A DNA stretch of 64,000 nt, from contig OX597840.1 of assembly GCA_951406725.2 (NCBI GenBank), positions 4,278,001 through 4,342,000 of the forward strand, read 5' to 3'. Both the position numbers and the translations under genes were made by a program. Below, in pieces: positions 25,041 through 37,562 of this stretch. The first letter of the stretch is position 1. Every line of letters begins with the position of its first letter. The DNA is from Octopus vulgaris (Eukaryota). The notes under the pieces are model-generated. The model saw nothing but the letters and a program-made list of their open reading frames with translations. It searched no databases and was not told where the DNA came from.

Positions 25041-26225
25041 ATTTTACTATAAATGCAAAACAACACCACAGAGGAATCGATGTAAGCTTAAATAAGCCAC
25101 AATATGGCAAGGGATTACTGTGTATGTATGTGTATATATATATAGATTTATTCACACACATAAATATATATGTATATGTGTGTATATATGTAAATACGTG
25201 TGTGTGTGTGTATAAATATAGATGGATAGGCATGTGTGTGTATATGGATATAGGTATGTGTGTGTGTGTGTATAGATAGATATAGGTGTGGGTGTGTGTT
25301 TGTTGTATCTGTCCCCCACCACCATTTGACAACCAATGTTGGTTAGTTTTCATTCCTATAATTTAGCAGTCTCGCAAAAGAGATCAATAGAATAAGTACT
25401 GAACGTAAGAATAAAAGAAAAAAAAGAAAGTACTGGGGTCAGTATTCAATTTGTTTGGCTAAACCCTTCGAGGTGGTGCCCCAGCATGGCTGTAGTCCAA
25501 TGATTGAAACAAGTAACCGGTAAAAAAAATAACAAATATACTTTTTTCCAAGAAATAAGTTTTTTGTTTCTCTGAATACTCTCTCTAAAAAATGTTTCAT
25601 TTAACCCTCTAAGGATAAAAATTAGTTAAATCAAACGCAATGTTCGTTTATTCACGTTTTTAATTAATCATGCCTTATGATGTAGCTTTGAAATTTCGAT
25701 TATGATTCTTTTATTCTTTTACTTGTTTCAGTTATTTGACCGTGGCCATGCTGGAGCACTGCTTTCAGTCAAACAAACTGACCCCAGGACTTATTCTTTG
25801 TAAGCCTAGTACTTTTGCCAAACTGCTAAGTTACAGGGACAAACACTCCAGCATTGGTTGTCAAGCTATGGTGGGAGGACGCGCACATATATATGTGTAT
25901 ATGTATGTGTGTATATATATATATATATGTATGTATGTATGTTTACTTTTGGTATGACATTGTAGCATTGGTGTAAGAGTATTTAGCCAGTTTGAACATA
26001 AAACAGAATATTTTGGCTGTATATGGTCAGTTGAAATGCTAAGGAGTTATGGTCTTGTTAAAATTAGGGTGGTGGGGGATACTATCTACAAAATTATGGG
26101 TTCTGTGATTTTTTTGGGGGGGAAATCATATATAATGGGTTCCATGATAAAAGTATGGGAACCATTGGGTTTAATCTATTGAAAGATAATTCCTTTCCCC
26201 TCTCCCACCCTCAGAATGTACTTAC

Positions 26226-26272
26226 CTTGACTGTTTCTTTATCAACCTTGATCCGCAGCAGAAGTTCACAGA
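26226..26272 (-). CDS. RANBP2: RANBP2 exon 5, 47 nt (CELLLRIKVDKETVK)
   Basis: Strong pyrimidine tract ending CAG, donor GTAAGT, phases 1/0. Confidence 0.88.
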
Positions 26273-27142
26273 CTGGACAGAGGAGAAGAGAGAAAAAATA
26301 TATATAGTTAATTCCATTCAGCTATCAAACAAAACGGACCTTATTAAGCTGGTCACACACACAGACATCACTCTCTCTCCACCCACAATACAGACATACG
26401 GGAAGGAAGACGCACCTGTAAATATAGGTATACAGGTGAGAAGAACAAAACAAAAAGAAAAAAATTACACACACATACAAAGATAAAAAGGCAATCAGAT
26501 TCATACTGTACTAGCAGGACCTGTGTAAATTCCACCGAATTTAGACTGGCATCCCAATGATTGGCTGTTCCAGTTAAAAACATGATTATATATTAAATTC
26601 AACAAAATTTACTTTAGAAGCATTGAGATGTATCGAAAGGTACAGATAAGGAAATAATTTTATTCTCAAATGCAGGATAATGCTAATAATATAGCACGAA
26701 CAGGATAAACTATCCATATTTTGCAGAAAAATATGTCAGCAGCCAGATTGATATAATCACCAGTGGTTACAACAATGGTGAAGGCGCATGGCTAAGTGGT
26801 TAGGGTATTCAGCTCATGAGCATAAGTTCAGGAGTTTGATTCCTGGCAGTGCATGGCTTCCTTGAGCAAGACACTTCATTTCCTGTTCCTCCAGTCCATC
26901 GAACTAGTAAAAACGAGTTGCACCTGTATTTCAAAGGGCCGGCCTTGTCACATTCTGTGTCACACAGAATCTTCCTGGCAACTATGCTACAGGTACGTGT
27001 GTCTGGAGTACTCAGCCACTTGCAGATTAATTTCACGAGCAGGCTGTTCTGCTGATCATCGGATCAACTGTAAACCCTCATTGTCATAACCAACAGAGTG
27101 ACAGCTATAAACTTATAAACAATGCCCCATTCCTTATGAATA

Positions 27143-27553
27143 CTTATTTCTTTACTACCCACAAGGGGCTAACCACAGAGAGGACAAACAAGGACAGACA
27201 AACGGATTAAGTTAATTATATCGACCCCAGTGCGTAACTGGTACTTATTTAATTGACCCCGAAAGGATGAAAGGCAAAGTCAACCTCGGCGGAATTTGAA
27301 CTCAGAACGTAACGGCAGACGAAATACCTATTTCTTTACTACCCACAAGGGGCTAAACACAGAGAGGACAAACAAGGACAGACACATGGATTAAGTCAAT
27401 TATATCGACCCCAGTGCGTAGCTGGTACTTAATTTATCGACCCCGAAAGGATGAAAGGCCAAGTCGACCTCGGCGGAATTTGAACTCAGAACGTAGCGGC
27501 AGACGAAATACTGCTAAGCATTTCGCCCAGCGTGCTAACGATTCTGCCAGCTC
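27143..27553 (-). mobile_element. SINE A head-to-tail dimer
   Basis: Junction GACGAAATAC/CTATTTCTTT at about 27327. Confidence 0.85.
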
Positions 27554-27821
27554 AGAAGGAGAAGGGATGAATGTTTAGTTGGCTCACAGTTGAAAGACCA
27601 AACCCATTCATGAGCAGAGTACAGCAAAATAAAGTACGGAAATTGCTGAAGCTGGACGGAGAGAGAATTGCAAAGAACAACATCAACAAAGAGCAGTTTT
27701 ACAGATACTCAGCTTTGCTCTATTATAAATTTGCAGGTACAGTATGAGCATACCAACTTCCTATAGGTACACAAATGCACACCAACACATACTAATTTCT
27801 TCTTTATTGCCCGATTCCAGG

Positions 27822-28135
27822 CAATGACCTGAATAATAATAAATAAGAACACCAAAAAATACTTTAGGAATGAGAACCCATCTTCGAAATTTTCCGAAGA
27901 CACCTGATAAAGGCTAGAGGGTATATCAGCCGAAATCCTGTGTTAACAACAAACAAGATGAGGACAAATATCCATCGATTGTAAATAATTCCTCATCTTT
28001 TAAATATAGAACAGATGAAGTACTGCTAAGCATTTTGCCTGGTATGCTAATGATTCTACCAGCTCACAATAATAATCCTTTCTACTATAGGCACAAGACC
28101 TGAAATTTGGTGTGAGGGGCTAGTCAATTACATTG
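27822..28135 (+). repeat. Local duplicate of about 29375-29720 (headless copy of the hammerhead SINE plus flank)
   Basis: Same body and same 3' flank; core mutated to CTGATAA at 27904. Confidence 0.8.
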
Positions 28136-28851
28136 AGGGGACAAACAAGGATAGACAAAGGGATTAAGTCAATTACATTGACCCCAGTGCACAACTGGTA
28201 CTTAATTTATCGACCCCGAATGGATGAAAGATAAAGTCAACCGTGGCAAAATTTGAACTCAGAACATAACGGCAGACGAAATACCACTAAGCATTTCGAC
28301 CGGCGTGCTAATGTTTCTGCCATCTTGCCGCCTTAACCCTAACACATACTAATACCTATTTCTTTACTACCCACAAGGGGCTAAACACAGAGAGGACAAA
28401 CAAACGGATTAAGTCGATTACATCGACCCCAGTGCACAACTGGTGCTTAATTTATCGACCCCGAAAGGATGAAAGGCAAAGTCAACCTCGGCGGAATTTG
28501 AACTCAGAACACAACGGCAGATGAAATACCACTAAATATTTCGACCGGCGAGCTAATGTTTCTTATTTCTTTACTGCCCACAAGGGGCTACACACAGAGG
28601 GGACAAACGGATTAAGTCAATTACATATACCCCAGTGTACAACTGGTACTTTATCGACCCCGAAAGGATGAAAGGCAAAGTCAACCTTGGCAGAATTTGA
28701 ACCCAGAACGTAACGGCAGACGAAATACCGCTAAGCATTCCGACCAGCGTGCTAACGTTTCTGCCATCTCGCTGCCTTAACCCTAACACATACTAATACC
28801 AATCCAAGATACACCCACATATATATACAAAAGAAACATAGATGTACACAC

Positions 28852-28895
28852 CTTTAAGTACAACATCCTTCTGGTTTTCATTTAACTGCAAACAC
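28852..28895 (-). CDS. RANBP2: RANBP2 exon 4, 44 nt (CLQLNENQKDVVLK)
   Basis: TAG acceptor, donor GTGTGT; phases 2/1 are required to join exons 3 and 5; resembles human SVELNPTQKDLVLK. Confidence 0.88.
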
Positions 28896-29301
28896 CTAGA
28901 ATATAATAATAACAATAATAATGAAAGCAATCCTTTCTACTGTAGGCACAAAGCCTGAAATTTTGGGGGAGAGGGCCCAGTATGCAACAGATAATTTATT
29001 GACCCCCAAAAGAATGAAAGGCAAAGTAGACCTCAGCAGAATTTGAACTCAGAACGTAGTGATGGGTGAAATACCGCTAAACATTATATCCAGCGTGCTA
29101 ATGATTCTGCCAGCTTGCCGCCCTAATAATAATAATAATCTTTTCTAGTATAAGTACAAGACCTGAAATTTGGGGGAGGGGACTAATCATTTTCATTGAC
29201 CCCTGTTTCATTGGTGCTTAATTTATTGACACCAAAAGAATGGATGAACAGCAAAGTCGACCATGGCAGAATTTGAACTCAGAACATGATGACAGATGAA
29301 A

Positions 29302-29588
29302 TACACCATATGCCCGTGGGCATATGGCGTAGTGGTTAAGAGCGCAGGCTACGAACCCCAAGATTCCGAGTTCAATTCCAGGCAGTGACCTGAATAATAA
29401 TAACAACACCACCAAAAAATACTTTAGGAATGAGAACCCAGGTTCGAAATTTCCCCAAGACACCTGATGAAGGCTGGAGGGTATATCAGCCGAAACACTG
29501 TGTTAACAACAAACAAGATGAGGACAAATATCCGTCAATTGTAAATAATGTAAATAATGTACATAATTCCTCATCTCTTAAATATAGA
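29302..29588 (+). mobile_element. tRNA-Arg(ACG)-derived SINE with hammerhead-like motif
   Basis: A box TGGCGTAGTGG (29325), loop CT-ACG-AA followed by AAGATTCC, B box GAGTTCAATTCC (29368); CTGATGA..GGCTG/CAGCC..GAAA at 29464-29495; TSD ACAGATGAAATAC at 29292 and 29589. Confidence 0.8.
29459..29504 (+). ncRNA. Minimal type I hammerhead ribozyme motif (Penelope-type, partly decayed)
   Basis: Stem I GACAC/GTGTT, core CTGATGA, stem II GGCTG/CAGCC, GAAAC; stem III palindrome degenerate. Confidence 0.65.
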
Positions 29589-30265
29589 ACAGATGAAATA
29601 CTGCTAAGTATTTTGCCTGGTATGCTAACGATTCTACCAGTTCACAATGATGATAATAATCCTTTCTACTATATGCACAAGACCTGAAATTTGGTGTGAG
29701 GGGCTAGTCAATTACACTGACCCCTGTGCATAACTGGTATTTATATCATCAACCTTGAAAGGATGAAAGGCAAAGTTGACCTCAGTGGAATTTGAACTCA
29801 GAACGAAAAAGGTGGAATTTGAACTCAGAACGAAAAAGGTGAAATACCGCATAGTTTTTTGCCCAGCATGCTAACAATTCTGCCAGCTCACAACAAGTTT
29901 CAAATTTTGGCACAGGGCCAGCAAGTTCTGGAGAAGGGGTAAGTTGATTACATCAACCCCCAAAAAGGATGAAAGGCAAAGCTGACCTCGACAGAGTAAT
30001 AACGGTTTCAAATTTTGGCACAAAGCCAGTAATTTTAGGGGTAGCTGTAATTACATCAATTTTCTACAGCTTGATGCCCTTTCTGTCACTAACTCTAAAC
30101 ACCCAACACACAGACACCATAATAGGGCCCACTGACATTAGCTTTCACTTTAATGAGCCCACAACACCCACAAGACAGTGAAACCCCACCAGGTAAAAAC
30201 CACTGCTGAGCCCAAAATTAATTATGTAACAATAACAACATAGAAGTGATGTCATCCTTCCTTAC

Positions 30266-30379
30266 TTTTCATAGGAAACAATAGCTCTTCTGTAATCTTT
30301 GAGGCTTTCGGAAATTTGTCCCATGAGTTTATGTGCCTGGGGTACAGCATCTTGGACAGTAAGGAATGCAGTGAGGTAC
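30266..30379 (-). CDS. RANBP2: RANBP2 exon 3 (YLTAFLTVQDAVPQAHKLMGQISESLKDYRRAIVSYE), TPR
   Basis: CAG acceptor, 114 nt, donor GTAAGG, phases 2/2. Confidence 0.92.
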
Positions 30380-31364
30380 CTGGGTAAAAAGAAAAGAAAA
30401 TAACATTTACAATTTAATTTCCAGAATTTGTTTTACAGATAATTTTTTTTTTAATAGTAATAATGATAATAATAATCATTTCTACTATAGATACAAGGCC
30501 TGGCATTTGAGGGGAGGGGAATGGTTGATTACATCGACCCCAGTGCTCAACTGGTACTTATTTTTATCAACCCCGAGAGGTAATGTCAACCACAGCAGAA
30601 TTTGAACTCGGAACAAAGACAGGCAAAATGCCACTTAAGCATTCTTATTTCTTTATTGCCCACAAGGGGCTAAACATAGAGGGGACGAACAAGGACAGAC
30701 AAACGGATTAAGTCATTGCATCGACCTCAGCGCATAACTGGTACTTAATTTATTGACCCCGAAAGGATGAAAGGCAAAGCCGACCTCAGCGGAATTTGAA
30801 CTCAGAACCTAACGGCAGACGAAATACAGCTATGCATTTCGCCCGGCGTGCTAATGGTTCTGCCAGCTCGCCGCCGTAATAATGATAATAATAATAATCC
30901 TTTCTACTATAGATACAAGGCCTGGCATTTGAGGGGAGGGGAATGGTTGATTACATCGACCCCAGTGCTCAACTGGTACTCATTTTATCAACCCCAAGAG
31001 GCAATGTCCACCTCAGCAGAATTTGAACACAGAACAAAGACAGGCAAAAATCCCACTTAAGCATTCTGCCAGCTCTTAAGTTGAAATGTTCCACTGCATG
31101 GCACTATTGTTGGTGTCTTGTACTCTGAACAAAGACTTATGAGTGAATTTGTAGATGGAAACTGTAAGAAGCTTCCTGCTGCGTACTTAAGTGTATGTGT
31201 TTGCACTTTCCCTTCTCGATGTTTGTTTGATGATGGGAATAAAGTCACCATTTGTATAATTTGTATAAAAAAACCATGTCCAGTTATGGACCTGTTCAGT
31301 ATTCAAAGCATTAGGGGAAATATTACTCTGCTTGGAAAGAGGCAAGGGTTCATGACAGGAAAAG

Positions 31365-31712
31365 TTAAGTTAATTTTTTGGCTCCAAAAGCAAAAAGCAA
31401 GGCCATGTAGGGGGACATGGAGTTATGTACAGGGAGGGTGTTCATGCAAAGAGTTCAGGCCATTTCTGGTCAAGAGAGACTTTGAACCGAGCGGTCGTCG
31501 GCATCTTCACTATCTCGTCCGGCAGCTTATTCCACGGATCCGCAACCCGGACGGAGAAAGCCCCTCTCCTTCGATTCAGATGAAATCGTCGCAGATAGAG
31601 CTTTTCGGAGTGACCCCGCAGCCGACACTCTGGAGCATGAGTGAAGAACAGCTCTTTCGAGAGGTTACACTTTCTGCTTATGATGTTGTGAGCGAAAATG
31701 AGATCACCACAG
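31365..31712 (-). mobile_element. CR1-like LINE 3' fragment, same family as 13100-13642
   Basis: Reverse-complement match to about 13320-13640. Confidence 0.85.
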
Positions 31713-31861
31713 CATGGTTCCCCAACAATCTTATACGGACCCTCAGGGGGCTGTATGGACCATGATTGAGAACCACTGAACTAGACCTTTCAAGATGGTG
31801 GCTCCAGCATGGCTTCAGTTCAACGATCGAAACAAGTAAAAGAAACAAGATAGATTTTTAC

Positions 31862-31929
31862 CTGCGAGCAATTTCATATTCTCCAACTTGCTGGTATAGT
31901 TTAGCGATCTGGTAACCTTTACCATTTCT
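31862..31929 (-). CDS. RANBP2: RANBP2 exon 2 (RNGKGYQIAKLYQQVGEYEIAR)
   Basis: Poly-T acceptor ending CAG, 68 nt, donor GTAAAA; resembles human KGFYFAKLYYEAKEYDLAK. Confidence 0.93.
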
Positions 31930-32084
31930 CTGAAAAAAAAAAAAGAAAAGAAAAACTGATTAAATAAAAATTTAGATACAGAAAAATAAAATTGCACACA
32001 AGACAACCACAGATTTTCCAGCCACTGATGGATGGTCTGGCACTTTCACCTGTGCTGTACATTATATTTATAATAAATATAATA

Positions 32085-32822
32085 AATGCACCCTTTTAAA
32101 GCCTAGCCAGGCTCATGGGCCCGGTTTCCCAGTTTCTATGGCATATGTGTTCCCCAACTGGACAGGACGCCAGTCCATCCCAGTGTTACTCATTTTTGCC
32201 AGCTGAGTGGACTGGAGCAATGTGAAATGAAGTGTTTTATTCAAGAACATAATGCGTCACCCGGTCCAGGAATCGAAACCACAATCTTACGATCATGATG
32301 CTGACACCCTAACCACTAAGCCACGCATCTCCACTTGTGCCCTTTTAAAGCCTAGCCCGGCTCATGGGCCTGGTTTCCCGGTTTCAACGGCGGCGAGCTG
32401 GCAGAAACGTTAGCACGCCGGGCGAAATGCTTAGCGGTATTTCGTCTGCGTTACGTTGTGAGTTCAAATTCCGCCGAGGTCGACTTTGCCTTTCATCCTT
32501 TCGGGGTCGATAAATTAAGTACCAGTTACGCACTGGGGTCGATGTAATCGACTTAATACCTAAGTCTGTCCTTGTTTGTCCCCTCTGTGTTTAGCCCCTT
32601 GTGGGTAATAAAGAAATAGGTTTCAATGGCGTATATGTTCCCCAGCTAGACAGGACGCCAGTCCATCGCAGTGTTACTCATTTTTGCCAGCTGAGTGGAC
32701 TGGAGCAACGTGAAATAAAGTGTTTTGCTCAAGAAGATAATGCGCCGCCCGGTCCAGGAATCGAAACCACAATCTTACGATCATGATGCTGACGCCCTAA
32801 CTGCTAAGCCACGCACCTCCAC
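32085..32822 (-). mobile_element. tRNA-derived SINE family D, two tandem copies, one interrupted by SINE A (32388-32620)
   Basis: A box TGGCTTAG(T/C)(G/A)G, B box GTTTCGATTCC; related heads at 26780, 40215-40470, 47520. Confidence 0.8.
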
Positions 32823-34636
32823 GTACATCATTTATACATGGGGCATATTTACCTAGCACCCAAATATCAAATCAATATTGTTTAGTATCTGCTTTTCATG
32901 CTGGCATAGGTTAGACAGTTTGATTGGAACTGCTAAGCCAGAGAGCTGCACTAAGTTCCAGTCCAATTTGGCATAGTTTCTACAGCTGATGTGCTTCCTA
33001 ATGCCAGCTGCTCCAAGAGTGTATTGGGTGCTTTTTACGTACCACCGGCACAGGTGCCAGTGGAATTGGCCATTACTAGGATTTCACTTGGCTTGACAAG
33101 TCTTCTCCAGCACAGTATATCGCCAAAGGTCTCGGTCAAACCACCAGAGCAACTTTAGAGTTATGAAAGGAAAGCTTCTTTATATTACAACGTACGGAAC
33201 GGTTATAGAAAATTTCACCATAAACATTTTTACCAAAGGAAAATTCAGTGTAAGAAATTTTTTTTTTTTAACCATTTAACATTTCAAGGGGACAAACAAA
33301 GGGATTAAGTCGATTACATCAACCCCAAAATGATGAAAGGTAAAGTCGACCTCAGTGGAATTTGAACACAGAACACAAAGATGGATGAAATACCTATTTC
33401 TTTACTACCCACAAGAGGCTAAACACAGATAGGACAAACAAGAACAGACATATGTATCAAGTCGGTTACATCGACCCCAGTGCGTAACTGGTACTTAATT
33501 TATCGACCCCGAAAGGATGAAAGGCAAAGTCGACCTCAGCGGAATTTGAACCCAGAACGTAACTGCAGACGAAATACCGCTAGGCAGTTCGCCCGGCCTG
33601 CTAATGATTGTGCCAGTTCGTCGCCCTGGATGAAATACCACAAAGCATTTTGTCTGACATGCTAACAATTCTGCCAGCTTGCCACCTGATACTGTTGTAA
33701 TTTATGCCAGTAAAATATATTCGCAAAACGTTTTATTTAACCCGCATTCAGATTTTTCTCTCAAATGTAATTCTTATTCATTCACATTGTTTTGAATTAA
33801 TTATGCATTATCTTGTAGCTTCAAGATTTTCTATCATGTGATTATTTTCAGAATGACATTGCAGGGTATGTTTGAGAAGCTGAATCTGATCAGCAAGGTG
33901 GAACATTTGAGCCGGTTGTGGTTGGTTTAAATGCAAATGAATTAAACAAGAAAATTGTTTTTTTATCTACTCTAGGCACAAGGCCCGAAATAATTGAGGA
34001 GGGGGCCAGTCGATTAGATCGACCCCAGTACGAAACTGGTACTTAATTTATCGACCCCGAAAGGATGAAAGACAAAGTTGACCGTGGCAGAATTTGAACT
34101 CAGAACGTAAAGACACGAAATACGTTTGCTATGTTGCATTTTTCAATCAATAGTTAATTTTATGTTTATAGACAGGCAGAGAATCTCTTTTTTTTTTTTT
34201 TTGGAAGGGTCTACTCCCCACCCCACCAATCCAGTCTGTATCCTCCCTTATGATAACCTGGTGCTTTGAGACTTTGCTTTGGCATCCCATCACAACTGTG
34301 TTTATCTTATCAGCTACTCCTACCCACCCTCATATAATACAAGGTAGCCATGTATCTCTTCTATAGCAAGACACCTGTTCCTGCCCTCCCTATCATGCTT
34401 TTAGCCTCTGAACACATGGCATAAAGCAACCTCTTCCTAGCAAATATTCTCCTACACATACACTTAATTGAAGAGCCCTTAACCTGTTTTGCAAGTTACT
34501 TGGTAACCTTACACTAGTGCTTGTAGTACAAAAAAAAAAAAAAAAAAGAACGTGGTTGGCATTTGGAAAGGCATCAAGCAATGCAAACCATGGCTGACAC
34601 TGAAATAACGTTGCTAGTCGCCAGACCCTGTCAAAC

Positions 34637-35050
34637 CTATTTCTTTACTACCCACAAGGAGCTAAACACAGAGAGGACAAAGACAGACAAACGGATTAAG
34701 TAGATTATATCGACCCCAGTGTGTAACTGGTACTTATTTAATTGACCCCGAAAGGATGAAAGGCAAAGTTGACCTCGGCGGAATTTGAACTCAGAACGTA
34801 GCGGCAGACGAAATACCTATTTCTTTATTACACACAAGGGGCTAAACACAGAGGGGACAAACAAGGACAGACATAGGTATTAAGTCGATTACATCGACTC
34901 CAGTGCGTAACTGGTACTTAATTAATCGACCCCGAAAGGATGAAAGGAAAAGTCGACCTCGGCGGAATTTGAACTCAGAACGTAACGGCAGACGAAATAC
35001 TGCTAGGCATTTCGCCCGGCATGATAACGTGTCTGCCAGCTCGCCACCTT
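34637..35050 (-). mobile_element. SINE A dimer with shared TSD
   Basis: TSD AGACCCTGT(C/T)AAAC flanks the whole dimer. Confidence 0.88.
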
Positions 35051-35795
35051 AGACCCTGTTAAACCGTCCAACCCATACTGCCACGGAAAACGGACATTAA
35101 ATGATGCTTAATATGATGGGGAGTGGAGGTATTTTGGTTTTCAATGAAAATGTAGTCAGGTCACCCGCCAATCCCACAAGGCATTCTGGGTTACTATTGA
35201 AACATTAATTCCTTGAGGAGGGCGGTTACATCAGATCATTTAGGATTGGCTGTTACACTTGTTCGTTATCGTGTGTTGCTTTTGCAAAGTAAAATCCAAA
35301 ACAACAGAAAGTTCATAGATCGCTGTTAATAACATTTACATTACAAACCAAAATATTGCTAGGCCTAAAAAGAATATTTTTCGGGAAAAAAAAGGAAAAA
35401 AAAAAACCCTGCGATTTCCAGGCTCAAGTCGATAGCCAAGTTATATTTTTATTTTACATTCCCCATATTAACAGTTTGGTTTCATTTGAATCTGACGCCG
35501 CTTTCGTTAAAGATTACCATTTCTTTAAAAACATAATGATTTTGGCGCAAAGCCAGTAATCATGAGGGAAGAGGGCAACTCGATTACACCAACTGACTCC
35601 GGTATTTGACTGCTACTTCAGTTTTTCGACCTTAAAAAGAGGATGAAAAATAAATTCGACTTCGGCAGGATTTCAACTCAGAGCAGCGTAAAAAAGCCGG
35701 AAGCAATTTGTCCGATTCATTAAAGATTTTCCCAGCTTGCCGCCTTTAATAATAATAATTCTTTGGTATAAGGCCAGCAATTCTGAGGAAAAGTG

Positions 35796-36389
35796 GGATC
35801 TTTTCCTTTTGAACGGCAGATGTCAACACAATTTCCAGTTAACTAAACACTTTTAAACTCCGTATACTGGTAGAATGTGTTTATAAAACATCTTTTTCTC
35901 TTGGTTTTATTGAGAAAATTCTATGGTTTGTAAAATATTACGTCTGAAAATCCGAGCATTTCGGCAATTTTAACCAATCGATTACCTCCAACTAAAATAA
36001 TTTGCTGCGTCTACCCTAAACCTCCCCCCTAACCCTAACTTTTTTTTTCTTAATTGTTAAATTAATTTAATTCCATTGCTTTAGTTTTTTTTGCACGCGT
36101 AACAATTAACTTAATTTAACAATTAAGAAAAAAAAATTTAGGGTTAGGGTTAGTTACAGGATGTTGTCTCAGTTTTAGACGCAGCAAATGATTTTAGCTC
36201 AAAAGAGAGCATAGGATTGGTTAAAATTCGAAAAATTAAACTACGTTAAACAAACAAATTACAATTTTCTCAAGAAAGCCAAGAGAAAAAAATGTTTTAT
36301 TTTGACACATTCTACCAGTATACAAAGTTTTAAAGTGTTTAGTTAACTAGAAATTGTGTTGAAAACTGCCGTTCAAAAGGAAAAAATCC
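35796..36389. mobile_element. GGATC-TIR MITE family 2
   Basis: TIR GGATCTTTTCCTTTTGAACGGCAG with long inverted arms; partial copies at about 37966-38395 and 60125-60442. Confidence 0.8.
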
Positions 36390-36814
36390 CCACAAGCTAA
36401 GAAGAGGAGAGAGAGAAGCATTTAAATTGGTTACTCGATCGGCTAGAAATAGCAGCTTAAACCCTATGCCTCCTTCGAGCCACACTTCCGACATAAAAAT
36501 AAAAGAACATGTGCGAACTTAAACTAGGTTAAGAGCTATCTGTCCCTTGGTGGGGCTAAACAACATTATAAAAACCACTACCAGAAGATATTATATTAAG
36601 TTAGTAAGATAAGTCAGAGGTGGAAATTGTAGAAATGAGGAGGAGGGGGGGGCGTGAAGACAGTGGTAGTGGCGGTAATTAAATGAGCGGAGGGGGGGTT
36701 AATTAAGAGAAAAGATCGTGGTAGAGGTTTTGGTATTGTGAATGGCAACTGAACTCTGCAAGAGGAACAACGGTGAGACAAGAACGAAAAAGCTATGGTG
36801 ATAATTGTAGGAGG

Positions 36815-37562
36815 GAGAGAGATAGAGAGAAAGAGAGTGATAGAGAGAGAGTGAGTGAGAGAGAGACAGTGAGAGAGAGAGAGTGAGAGAGAGACAGTGA
36901 GAGAGAGAGAGTGAGAGAGAGAGAGTGAGAGAGATACAGTGAGTGAGAGAGATACAGTGAGTGAGAGAAAGACAGTGAGTGAGAGAGAAAGAGACAGAGT
37001 GAGAGAGAAAGAGACAGAGTGAGAGAGAGAGACAGAGTGAGAGAGAGAGACAGAGTGAGTGAGAGAGACAGAGTGAGTGAGAGAGACAGAGTGAGTGAGA
37101 GAGACAGAGAGTGAGTGAGAATGAGACAGAGAAAGAAAGTGAGAATGAGAGAGTGAGAGACAGCGCGTGAGAGAGACAGAGACAGAGCGTGAGAGAGACA
37201 GAGAGAGAGCGTGAGAGAGACAGAGTGTGAGAGAGAGACAGAGTGTGAGAGAGAGACAGAGTGTGAGAGAGAGACAGAGTGTGAGAGAGAGACAGAGTGT
37301 GAGAGAGAGACAGAGTGTGAGAGAGAGACAGAGAGTGAGAAAGAGAGACAGAGAGTGAGAAAGAGAGACAGAGAGTGTGAGAGAGAGACAGAGTGTGAGA
37401 GAGAGACAAAGAGTGTGAGAGAGAGACAAAGAGTGTGAGAGAGAGACAGAGAGTGAGAGAGAGAGACAGAGAGTGAGAGAGAGAGACAGAGAGTGAGAGA
37501 GAGAGAAAGAGAGACGGACAGAGAAAGAAAGAGCGAGCGAGGAGGAAGAAAGAGTGAGAGAA
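36815..37562. repeat. Compound (GA)n/(GACA)/(GAGT) microsatellite
   Basis: Direct inspection; source of spurious Leu/Ser ORFs. Confidence 0.95.

Noticed and set aside
29318-29390. Functional tRNA-Arg gene
   Set aside because: Stems imperfect; continues into SINE body and is flanked by a TSD
31118-31765. 215-aa plus-strand ORF
   Set aside because: Antisense read-through of a CR1-like fragment and neighbouring repeats
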